Assembly: GCF_030144855.1 (NCBI RefSeq)
Contig: NC_082729.1
Span: 8,122,001 to 8,186,000 of the forward strand
Origin: Hypanus sabinus
Taxonomy: Eukaryota
Length of the DNA: 64,000 nucleotides
Reading direction: 5' to 3'
The notes under the pieces are model-generated. The model worked only from the letters and a program-made list of their open reading frames with translations, was not told the origin of the DNA and ran no database searches. The translations under genes and the position numbers were made by a program. Positions 1-8,640 of the stretch are shown piece after piece; the stretch's first letter is position 1, and each line of letters begins with the position of its first letter.

Positions 1-418
1 AGAATCTGCAGAGTTAAATGTGCACCAGTCCAGTTCTAATTTTTGACCCTAGGCAATTATTTTTGTATTTTTCCTAATTTAATCAGACGAATGCCGAGTT
101 TTAGTTTACACCAATCTGCCAAATCTATACAAGTGTGTTCTGTGCAGGACACTAATTGTTCAGACAGCTTATTCACTGATACGTAATTATGGATCACATG
201 GGAGAATTGGGTCAGTGACATAACAATTCAGTTCATTGTCTCTCATTCTTAACTTCAGTAAGCTGGAGTGTTACCCATGTGCTTAGCCACGTTCCGCAGA
301 GATGTGAGCTGTTTACAGCAACGCCCATCAGAGTGAAAATGGTGACAGATCAATCAGCTGTAAAAGCTATCTTCACAACACTCAGCAAGAAGCCTTTGGC
401 CATCCCTTGTAAATCGGG

Positions 419-962
419 TTTTACAAGAGCACCATTGAGAGCATCCTGACAAGTTGCATCTCTTTCTGGTACGGGAGCAGCCGAGCATCGAATCGGAAGT
501 CCCTACAAAGGACTGGGAGAATGGCTGAGTGGATCATAGGGGTCCCCCTACTATCCATCAGGGACACTTATCAGGAAAGCCAAGTCCTCAGTGTTATCAA
601 GGATCCCACCCATCCATCCAGCATCCTCTTTGAGGATGGTAGCATCCTCTACCATCAGGCAGGAGACTCCGATGCATAAAGGCAAGAACAGTCAGGATGG
701 GAAACAGTTTCTTCCCTCAGGCCATTAGGCTTCTGAACTCCCTGCCACATCACACTCAAAGTGTCACCAGATAATTTGTGCTGTACCCTGCAATATTTAA
801 TTTATGCAGTTAAATTTGTTTATCAATGTGTAGATTTAATTCTTACTTTCTTACTGTGTGCTATGTATAATATGGTGCTTTACACCCTGGTCTTGAGAAA
901 TGTTGTCTTGTTTGGTGGTATGCATGTATATAGTTAAATGAAAATGAACTTGACTTGACTTG
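419..962 (+). mobile_element. Rex1/Babar-type LINE, 5'-truncated 3' end (RT C-terminal remnant, 3'UTR, (ACTTG)n tail)
   Basis: Manual translation from 419 gives FYKSTIESILTSCISFWYGSSRASNRKSLQRTGRMAEWIIG...IKDPTHP...LPSGRRLRCIKARTVRMGNSFFPQAIRLLN, the typical Rex1 C-terminus. It is frameshifted and ends in ACTTGACTTGACTTG at ~948-962. Confidence 0.85.
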
Positions 963-1011
963 AAACAAGGATCCTGTGGGATCTGCAGAGATCTATTGAA
1001 TTTTTAGGCCA

Positions 1012-1349
1012 AAAGATCATTAGACACAGGAGCAGAGTTAAGCCCATTTCAGCCCATCATGTCTGCTCTGCCATTTGATCATTTTCCCTCTCAACCCCAT
1101 TCTCTTGCCTTCTCCCTGTAACCTTTGATGTCTTGACTAATCAAGGACCTATCAACCACCCAGTGATTTGGCCTCTACAGCTATCTATGGTGAAGAATTC
1201 CACAGAGTTACCACCCTCTGGCTAATGAAATTCTCCATCTCTTTTCTAAAGGGACATTCGTTTATTCGGAGGCTGTGGCCTCTGGTCCTAGACTGTCCTG
1301 CTATCAGAAGCAGCCTCTCCAGGTATATTCTATCTAGGCCTTTCCAATA
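1012..1349 (-). mobile_element. CR1 LINE 3' end fragment
   Basis: The minus strand reads ...SRTRGHSLRINECPFRKE...NFISQRVVTLWNS...AVEAKSLG...VDRSLISQDIKGYREKAREWG, the CR1 ORF2 C-terminus, followed by a CR1-type 3'UTR (GATGGGCTGAAATGGGCTTAACTCTGCTCCTGTGTC). Confidence 0.85.
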
Positions 1350-1490
1350 TCAAAGTTCAAAATTCAAAGTAAAACAATTTATATATTTGTCATCATATAC
1401 AACCCTGAGATTCATTTTGTTGCTGGCAAACTCAATAAATCCATAGAATAATAACCATAACAGACCAATGAAAGACTGCACCAACTTGGG
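1350..1490 (-). mobile_element. Rex1-type LINE 3'UTR fragment (same family as 4480-4970 and 6447-7020)
   Basis: The reverse complement (CCCAAGTTGGTGCAGTCTTTCATTGG...GAATCTCAGGGTTGTATATGATGAC...TTTACTTTGAATTTTGAACTTTG) aligns by eye with 6877-7020. Confidence 0.8.
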
Positions 1491-1491
1491 C

Positions 1492-1756
1492 TATGTGCCG
1501 TGTTGTATGACATCATCATTATCTGCAATGTCAAATGATGTCATCATTATGTGCCGTGTCATATGACATAGGCAGTCGTGGTCTTTCCATGACCATGATT
1601 GTTCTTGACAAATTCTTCCACAGAAATGATTTACCATTGTCTTCTTCTACGCAGTGTTTTTACACCCAAACATCATCAATACTCTTCAGGGTTTGTCTGC
1701 CTGGCATCAATGGTGGCATAACCAGGACTTGTGATATGCAGCAACTGTTCATATAG
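1492..1756 (-). mobile_element. Probable RTE-related SINE fragment
   Basis: Contains AGAAATGATTTACCATTGTCTTC, a decayed form of the GAAGTGGTTTGCCATTGCCTTC motif of RTE/BovB-related SINE 3' regions. It has a (CAT)n-type tail and a duplicated 22-mer (TATGTGCCGTGTyrTATGACAT at ~1492 and ~1548). Family assigned from memory. Confidence 0.45.
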
Positions 1757-1880
1757 TTGTTATAGCCGGGGGTGGTAATGCCGATAGACCCCCACTACCT
1801 TTTAAATGCTCCCAGTGGTGTGCGCCTCAAATAGCCTCTGATATCCAAGTCCAAATCCTGGCCTTCACACGTGTCTTGCA
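1757..1880 (+). mobile_element. 5' fragment of the RTE-derived element also present at 5062-6030
   Basis: GGGTGGTAATG...CTCCCAGTGGTGTGCGCCTCAAATAG...TCCTGGCCTTCA matches the reverse complement of 5948-6022 joined to 5605-5650. Confidence 0.6.
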
Positions 1881-1899
1881 TGTTCGCTTGCCTTGGTCC

Positions 1900-2084
1900 T
1901 GATTGGCTACCCTTTCAGTTGACCTTTGAATTTGAAGCAAACGGGGGCCAAGATAAACGCGAGCACTCCCAGAGAGAAACACCAACAGCTACACACTGAG
2001 GATGTCACCTCAACTGGTGATGAAACGTCTGCAAGCTCAGCGAGCACCTTAACATCAAACACCTCAGCCCGAGCAACCAATATT
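1900..2084 (+). mobile_element. Penelope-like element terminal fragment
   Basis: CACTGAGGATGTCACCTCAACTGGTGATGAAACGTCTGC matches the CTGAxGA..(stem)..GAAAC terminal motif typical of Penelope pseudo-LTRs. Boundaries approximate. Confidence 0.5.
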
Positions 2085-2298
2085 CACCATTGTCCTAAAC
2101 ACGAGAAGAAGTTGCTCCTCAGATTTCTTACAGGTCTACTCCCTCTTCCCTAAACCGATGCTCCTGAGTTTTTGATTCCCTTTCCCTGGGAAGAGACCCT
2201 GTGTATTCACCCTCTCTATAACAGTCATGATTTTATACCTATGCCTCTACAAAGTCACTCCTCACTCTCCTACACTCCAAGGAACAAAGTCCTAGCCT
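2085..2298 (-). mobile_element. CR1 LINE ORF2 C-terminal fragment
   Basis: The minus strand reads RLGLCSLECRRVRSDFVE..YKIMTVIERVNTQGLFP...RNLRSNFFS, a CR1 motif (LGLFSLE.RRLRGDLIEVYKI). Frameshifted. Confidence 0.8.
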
Positions 2299-2299
2299 A

Positions 2300-2560
2300 A
2301 TAAGGGAGGAGAGTGGACCATAGGAGAAAAGTAAGGAGGAGTAGCAGTGATAGGCAGGTGAGAAGAGGTAAAAGGCCAGGGTGGGGAATAAAGGAAGAGG
2401 GGAGGGGGAAGGATTTTTTTTACCGGAAGGAGAACTTGGTTCATGCCATCAGGCTGCAGGCTACCCAGATGGAATATAAGGTCAGCCCGAGGGTGAACTC
2501 ACCTTGGCACAAGAGGAGGCCACGGACTGATATGTAGGAATGGGAATGGGAATTGAAGTG
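2300..2560 (-). mobile_element. Penelope-like element 3' fragment (GIY-YIG C-terminus plus polypyrimidine 3' region)
   Basis: The reverse complement is homologous to 2965-3095 plus 3357-3510 (HFNSHSHS..SVRGLLLCQ..LGSLQPDGMN). Confidence 0.7.
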
Positions 2561-2744
2561 TACGTTCTGCTCAGTTGGAGAGGAGATTAAAGAGACTGCC
2601 CAAGGTGAGTGCTGTCTGTTTTACAGAGGCGGTGAGAAGTTTCAAAGTGATTGTCTATAGATTGCTATTCACGGTCCCAGCTCATACAGGCAACACCCTG
2701 ACTGACGAAGCACCTTCTTCGCCACCATGTCCCCCTGAGATGGC

Positions 2745-2960
2745 TTCATTTCTTTATAGGAGATGGGCATTACTGGTATGGCAGGCTCTCGTTGCCCTTG
2801 GCCAGGTGGAGAGCCCCTTCTTGACCTAATGTAGTCTCCTGGTGAAGGTGCTTCCACGGTGCTGCTGGGGATGGAGTTCAAGGATGGAGTCTGGAGTATG
2901 CCTGCAAGTCGGAATGGGGTGCCTTTGAAGGGGAGCCCGCTGGTGGTGCATTCCAGCCCA
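2745..2960 (-). mobile_element. Old LINE 3' end (clade uncertain, RTE-X/Jockey-like)
   Basis: The reverse complement (TCCTTGAACTCCATCCCCAGCAGCACCGTGGAAGCACCTTCACCAGGAGACTAC..GTCAAGAAGGGG..CAAGGGCAA) resembles a common chondrichthyan LINE terminus as I recall it. Heavily decayed. Confidence 0.4.
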
Positions 2961-2963
2961 TCT

Positions 2964-3895
2964 GTGGCCAAGCATTTTCATTCCCATTCCCATTCCTGTT
3001 CCGACGTGTCAGTCCATGGCCTCCCCTTGTGCCAAGATGAGGCCACCGTCTGGGTGAAGGAGCAACACCATCTGGGCACCCTCCAACCTGATGACATCAG
3101 AATCAGAATCAGACTTTAATCGCCAAGTACCTGTGCACATACAAGGAATTTACTTCCGGCAGATGTTGTCTCTCTGCTCATAACAATAATAATGATAAAT
3201 ATAAATGAAAATATAGATTATACATACAAGTAGTGCAATCCAAGTAATAGTTAGCCAACAGTTAACCGGCAGTTAACTGTTCAGCAAAGTGACCGCAGTA
3301 GGGAAAAAACTTCTCCAGTGCCTATTAGTCTTAGTCTGGAGGGATCTGAAGCGCCTATCAATGTCAATCACTCCTTCCGGTGAACAAACTTCTCTCCTCC
3401 TTCTTCTATTCCTTCTATTCTGACCAATTAGCTCTCCTCGCCTGCCTATTACTTCCCCATGGGTCCCCTCCTCCTTCTCTTTCTCCTATGGTCCACTCTC
3501 CTCTCCTAACAGATTCCTTCCTGTCTAGCCCTTGACCTTTCCCACGCACCTGGCTTCACCTATCACTTTCCAGCAGTCCTCCTCCCCCCCCCCCCCACCC
3601 CACCTTTTTATTCTGGCGTCTTCCCCCTTCATTCTCAGTCCTGAAGCGGAGTCTTGGCCCAAAACATCGACAATGTATTTTCATTTCATAGCTTGTCACA
3701 CCAGACAGTCAGCCATTCTTGTCTACTGCGTGGTGTCAGGATTGGTCTCCTTTCAGATTAACCAGGTCACAGTATGAACGTTCCAGACTCAACCCTTGTT
3801 TTTTTACAAGGTTGAATGGCTATCTCAGTGCTAAGTCATCTATATCCATAGATGCTGCCTGACCTATTGAGTTCCTCCAGTATTTAGTGTGTGCT
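2964..3895 (+). mobile_element. Penelope-like element 3' portion, interrupted by two insertions (3096-3356, 3692-3846)
   Basis: ORF 2859..3119 ends VAKHFHSHSHSCSDVSVHGLPLCQDEATVWVKEQHHLGTLQPDDI, like the C-terminus of a Penelope GIY-YIG domain. It continues through a pyrimidine-rich tract, CTGAAGCGGAGTCTTGGCCCAAAAC, and GATGCTGCCTGACCTATTGAGTTCCTCCAG. Confidence 0.7.
3096..3356 (-). mobile_element. Rex1-type LINE 3' end nested in the Penelope-like element
   Basis: The minus strand reads RRFRSLQTKTNRHWRSFFPTAVTLLNS*. The tail (ATCAGA)3 lies at 3096-3113, and ATCA is present at both junctions. Confidence 0.8.
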
Positions 3896-3984
3896 GTTTT
3901 GTTCTTCTCGAGCTGTAACAACATAGAAGTACATGCACTGCATTCATGATCTGCTGGTGGCAGAAGGGATAAATATTTAGGAAC

Positions 3985-4046
3985 ATGCACAAAAGGCTGG
4001 AGGACCTCAGCAGGTCAGGCGGCATCTGCAGAAACAAATAACAGCA
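3985..4046 (-). mobile_element. Penelope-like terminal fragment
   Basis: CACAAAAGGCTGGAGGACCTCAGCAGGTCAGGCGGCATC is a reverse-complement homolog of 3851-3893. Confidence 0.6.
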
Positions 4047-4156
4047 ACCAGAAGAGATCCATGCGGTCACAAACTCCTTACGGAGGGCAGTGGTAATTGA
4101 ACTCCAAATGGTGTTCGATGGCACTGTTAAGGGATTGTACTAACCACTACGCTACC
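4047..4156 (-). mobile_element. tRNA-derived SINE 5' head (V-SINE/HE1-like)
   Basis: The minus strand reads GGTAGCGTAGTGGTTAG (Pol III A box) ... GGAGTTCAATTACC (B box-like), then GTAAGGAGTTTGT. There is no complete cloverleaf. Confidence 0.7.
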
Positions 4157-4479
4157 AGTCCACACTATTCCACTCCTCTCTATCCTCCACAGAAAAAGAA
4201 ATCTAGCGACGTCAGCAAATTGAAGGCACAGTGATCACATTGTGACAGAGCCAAGATTGAACCCAGGAAGACTTTACACTGAATGTCTCGTGAGACATTT
4301 GTACCTAAATAGATTGAGTCTATGATTCATAGTGGCCTGTCTTATTTAAGTGGCAAAATCCCACAGCACGGAGAAAGTGAAGAGACGAAGTCAGTAAAAC
4401 AGGGATTGGCAAAACCAGGGAGACTGAGTGTCCTCCAGTGACTGAGCCATTAAGATCTGGGGCCAACATTTGACTCTTC

Positions 4480-4970
4480 ATCTAAAGCTTTCCTGTTCTT
4501 AATATTGATTGCTTGTTTATTTATTATTATTGCTTCTTCTTTTTGCAGTTGCAAAGTTTGTTGTCTTCTGCACTCTGTCCTGGCTGGTGCAGTCTTTCAG
4601 GAACAGCTTCTTCCTAAATGGACACTGAAGCCTTGGACACAAACTCTTTTTTCTTAACATGCAGTATTTCTGTTTTCACACCTTTTTAAAAAATATTCAA
4701 TATATGTAATTGATTTATTGTTTATTTATTATTATGTTTTATTTTATTTATTATTATTATTTTCTCTCTCTGCTGGATTAAGTATTGCATTGAACTGCTG
4801 CTGCTAAGTTAACAAATTTCACGTCACACGCCGGTGATAATAAACCTGATTCTGATTCTTTTATAGCTGTTATTCTATAGATTTGTTGAATATTCCCACA
4901 AGAAATTGAATCTCAGGGTTCTATGTGGTGGCATAGATGTACTTTGATAATAAATTTACTTTGAACATTG
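4480..4970 (+). mobile_element. Rex1-type 3'UTR (4480-4597 plus 4860-4970) split by a second Rex1 insertion
   Basis: Both halves align colinearly with the uninterrupted copy at 6785-7020. Confidence 0.7.
4598..4859 (+). mobile_element. Second Rex1-type LINE 3' end with (GATTCT)n tail
   Basis: Starts CAGGAACAGCTTCTTCC (RNSFF, the Rex1 ORF end) and ends GATAATAAACCTGATTCTGATTCT. Confidence 0.75.
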
Positions 4971-5061
4971 AGGATCCTCTTGTAATTATGCTTATAATTC
5001 CCAAATGCTGTGGAAGCAATAAGCATTATTACAAGAGTGTTGGACATTTGGAACTCTGGGT

Positions 5062-6030
5062 CGATTTACTCCTTGTGCCTTAGTTGGCTTATTAGCAGAG
5101 AGGATGCAACCAGCCTAGTTTAACCCCGCTGATGCTGACAGCCGGCTTCCTGAACCAAGTGGACTGCATGACCTTCAGAAAGAGTGAAGCCTGCACCAGT
5201 CAGGGTCGACCATGGATGTTGTGTCCTAACTGTCTAGATACGCAGGCCAGGGCAGTACAATATGGAGAGCAAGCTGTTGTCCATGTAGGAAGCTCCCCCT
5301 CTCCACATATCCGAAGAGCCTAAAGGAATGGCAGAGGCCGATACAGTTTGGTATCATCTGGGTTGCAGGAATTTCCAGTAAGTTTTGACCTCAACATAGG
5401 ACTGCCTTAGGGACTCCCGGTCTGGATTTTTCCCTCGGGGTTTACTCCCAAATCCTTCCCCTTGAGCGGGAGTAACTGCAAGGCAGCAAGGTTTGAGCTG
5501 CCAACCACGGCCCCCCATCTGCCCAAAGCAACTGATTTCAAAGCACCAGTAAACCACCTTTGCCCCTTCTCATGTCAGTAGAAAATGGGTCCACCAGGCT
5601 TAACAGCTAAACCACTCATGAAGGCCAGGAGAGGGTTGTGAGTGGGTATTTCAAGTCAAGTCAAGTCACTTTTGTTGTCATTTTGACCATAACTGCTGGT
5701 ACAGTACACAGTAAAAATGAGAGAACGTTTTTCAGGACCATGGTGTTACATGACGCAGTACAAAAACTAAACTGAACTACATAAAAAAAACAACACAGAG
5801 AAAGCTACACAGGACTGTGTAAAGTGCACAAAACAGTGCAGGCATTACAATAAATAATAAGCAGGACAATAAGGCAGTAAGGTGTCAGTCCAGGCTCTGG
5901 GTATTGAGGAGTCTGATAGCTTGGGGGAAGAAACTGTTACATAGTCTTGAGCCACACACCACTGGGAGAATTTACTAGGAAATGGGAGCTAGTCCCCACT
6001 ACCACCCATGACTATAACAACCTTACGGAA
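5062..6030 (-). mobile_element. Non-autonomous RTE-derived element (mostly 5'UTR-like), split by a Rex1 insertion at 5651-5947
   Basis: Motifs such as GGCAGTACAATATGGAGAGCAAGCTGTTG and GGACTGCCTTAGGGACTCC..TTTTTCCCTCGGGGTTTACTCCC resemble vertebrate RTE 5'UTRs as I recall them. The halves rejoin to match the copy at 1757-1880. The left boundary is uncertain. Confidence 0.5.
5651..5947 (-). mobile_element. Rex1-type LINE 3' end with (CTTGA)n tail
   Basis: TCAAGTCAAGTCAAGTCA at 5651-5668 is the tail. The minus strand at 5895-5945 reads LCNSFFPQAIRLLNTQS. Confidence 0.8.
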
Positions 6031-6077
6031 CCAATTCGGAAAAAGTAATGCCATCGAAACTACTAGGAGCCAAAACA

Positions 6078-6237
6078 AATCCTGAGTAACACATGGAAAA
6101 TGCTGGAGTAACTTAACAACGTGGGTAGCATCTCCGGATAGGACGTATTGGGATGACACCCTTTATCAGAGCTGTAAAGGAAGCCAGAGGAAGAAGGCGT
6201 GGGGAGGTATGAAGAGGGCAAAGCGTACAAGTGAGCG
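6078..6237 (-). mobile_element. Decayed Penelope-like terminal fragment
   Basis: AAAATGCTGGAGTAACTTAACAACGTGGGTAGCATCT...GACACCCTTTATCAG is the same terminal motif as at 3851-3893 (inverted) and 7027-7078. Confidence 0.5.
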
Positions 6238-6397
6238 GAGAGGCGAATCTGGGGGAGCATGTGGTCGAAGTGTTGGAGGACAGCAGGGCTCACAGAGAAC
6301 GAGCAGTGGTTGCACTGAAGATCCATCAAAGAGAAGATTTAAACTTCTTCAGGGTAAACTTCCCTCGAAGGGACTATGCGTTCGGGCAGCAATTCAA

Positions 6398-7078
6398 AAA
6401 CACAGGCAGTTCTGCAGATGCTGGAAATCCAAAACAACACAAGTGTCTAGCGGAGAGTGTATTGACTGGCTGCATCACAGCCTGGTATGGAAACACCAAA
6501 GCCCTTGAATGGAAAATCCCACAAAATGTAGTGAATACTTCATGTGTTAGGCCCTTTCTACCATTGAGCACATCTACATGAAACACTGTCATAGGAAAGC
6601 AGCATCCATTATGAACGACCTTCACGACCCAAGAGATACTCTCTTCTGCGGGCTACCATCAGGAAGAATGTATAGGACTCACACCACCGGCTTCAGGAAC
6701 AGTTACTACCCCTCAGCCATCAGACACTCAACTTCACTTGCCCCTTCATTGAAATGTTCCCACAACCAATGGTCTCACTTTCAAGGACTCTTCATCTCAT
6801 GTTCTAAATATTTATTATTATTATTATTATTATTTGTAATTGCACAGTTTGTTGTCTTTTGCACACTGGTTGAGCGCCCAAGTTAGTGTAGTCTTCCAAT
6901 GATTCTGTTAAGGTTATTATTCTATTATGGATCTATTGAGTATGCTCATAAGAAATTGAATCTCTGAGTTGTATATAGTGACATATGTGCACTTTGATAA
7001 TAAAATTTACTGTCACTTTGAAGTGTGAAAATGCTGGAAGAACTCAGCAGGTCAGGTACGATCAGTGGAGGAGAGTAA
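6398..7078 (-). mobile_element. Penelope-like terminus (6398-6446 plus 7027-7078) split by a Rex1 insertion
   Basis: TCTGCAGATGCTGGAAATCCAAAACAACAC rejoins to AAAATGCTGGAAGAACTCAGCAGGTCAGG. Confidence 0.6.
6447..7020 (+). mobile_element. Rex1/Babar LINE 3' end with candidate 6-bp target-site duplication AAGTGT
   Basis: ORFs 6231..6581 and 6578..6886 give ESVLTGCITAWYGN... and RKAASIMNDLHDP..LFCGLPSGRMYR..TTGFRNSYYPSAIR. AAGTGT occurs at 6441-6446 and 7021-7026. Confidence 0.85.
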
Positions 7079-7084
7079 GTAATG

Positions 7085-7142
7085 GATTGGCACAACATTG
7101 TGGGCTGAAGGGCCTGTACTGTGGCGTAGTTCTGCTGTTCCT
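7085..7142 (+). mobile_element. CR1 3' tail remnant
   Basis: GGCACAACATTGTGGGCTGAAGGGCCTGTACTGTGGCGTAGTTCTGCTGTTCCT is the CR1 terminal hairpin followed by a decayed TTCT-type tail. Confidence 0.7.
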
Positions 7143-7228
7143 AAAAGCTACAAGCAAATTATAAAGTTGGCAATACAAAGCCTAAAGGCTGAAAAGAGAT
7201 GCGCAAGAATTCAAAATGAATTCAGTTT

Positions 7229-7300
7229 GCAATAGCGTCTAAAGAGGGATTGGATAAATACTGGTTGGAAATTCACAAGGACAGGGAAGTGCTGGAGGAA
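7229..7300 (+). mobile_element. Possible CR1 ORF2 terminal remnant at the array junction
   Basis: Reads AIASKEGLDKYWLEI, resembling the CR1 ending (I.AFK..LDKY). Short, so uncertain. Confidence 0.45.
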
Positions 7301-8106
7301 AGTTCACAAGGACAGGGAAGTGATGGAAAAGTTCACAAGGACAGGGAAGTGCTGGAGGAAGGTTCACAAGGACAGGGAAGCGCTGGAGGAAGGTTCACAA
7401 GGACAGGGAAGCGCTGGAGGAAGTTCACAAGGACAGCGAAGTGTTGGAGGAAGGTTCACAAGGACAGGGAAATGCTGGAGGAAGTTCACAAGGACAGGGA
7501 AGCGCAGGGGGAAGGTTCACAAGGACAGGGAAGTGATGGAAAAGTTCACAAGGACAGGGAAGCGCTGGAGGAAGGTTCACAAGGACAGGGAGCACTGGAG
7601 GAAGGTTCACAAGGACAGGGAAGTGATGAGAAAAGCTCATAAGGCAGGGAAGTGATGGAGGAAGGTTCACAAGGACAGGGAGGTGCTGGAGGAAGGTTCA
7701 CAAGGACAGGGTAGTGATGGAGGAAGGTTCACAAGGACAGGGAAGTGATGGAGGAAGGTTCCCAAGGACAGGGAAGTGATGGAGGAAGGTTCACAAGGAC
7801 AGGGAAGTGATGGAAAAGTTCACAAGGACAGAGAAGTGATGGAGGAAGGTTTACAAGGACAGGGAAGTGCTGGAGGAAGGTTTACAAGGACAGGGAAGAT
7901 GGAGGAAGGTTCACAAGGACAGGGAAGCGATGGAGGAAGGTTCACAAGGACAGGGAAGATGGAGGAAGGTTCACAAGGACAGAGAAGTGCTGGAGGAAGG
8001 TTCACAAGGGCAGGGAAGATGGAGGAAGGTTCACAAGGACAGGGAAGTGCTGGAGGAAGGTTCACAAGGGCAGGGAAGATGGAGGAAGGTTGACAAGGAC
8101 AGGGAA

Positions 8107-8640
8107 GAGATGGAGGAAGGTTTACAAGGACAGGGAAGCGCTGGAGGAAGGTTCACAAGGACAGGGAAGTGCTGGAGGAAGGTTCACAAGGACAGGGAAA
8201 TGCTGGAGGAAGGTTCACAAGGACAGGGAAGAGATGGAGGAAGGTTTACAAGGACAGGGAAGTGCTGGAGGAAGGTTCACAAGGACAGGGAAGTGCTGGA
8301 GGAAGGTTCACAAGGACAGGGAAGTGCTGGAGGAAGGTTCACAAGGGCAGGGAAGATGGAGGAAGGTTCACAAGGACAGGGAAGAGATGGAGGAAGGTTT
8401 ACAAGGACAGGGAAGCGCTGGAGGAAGGTTCACAAGGACAGGGAAGTGCTGGAGGAAGGTTCACAAGGACAGGGAAATGCTGGAGGAAGGTTCACAAGGA
8501 CAGGGAAGAGATGGAGGAAGGTTTACAAGGACAGGGAAGTGCTGGAGGAAGGTTCACAAGGACAGGGAAGTGCTGGAGGAAGGTTCACAAGGACAGGGAA
8601 ATGCTGGAGGAAGGTTCACAAGGACAGGGAAGTGATGGAA
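8107..8640 (+). repeat. 277-bp local higher-order duplication
   Basis: The marker GAGATGGAGGAAGGTTTAC occurs at 8107, 8231, 8384 and 8508 (spacings 124, 153, 124). Confidence 0.7.

Noticed and set aside
1757-1860. HDV-like ribozyme at the RTE 5' end
   Set aside because: I could not fold the nested double pseudoknot by eye, and both copies are decayed. An Infernal scan would decide.
2570-2635. Splice-like signals (CAG..AAG/GTGAGT; TTTTACAG..GTGAG)
   Set aside because: Isolated motifs between TE fragments with no recognisable peptide; RNA-seq would be needed.
4047-4156. tRNA gene
   Set aside because: It has A/B boxes but no acceptor stem or cloverleaf and continues into a SINE body.
1168-6886. 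Short ORFs in the flank as host genes
   Set aside because: Nearly all overlap recognisable retroelement remnants, sense or antisense, and there is no coherent exon chain.
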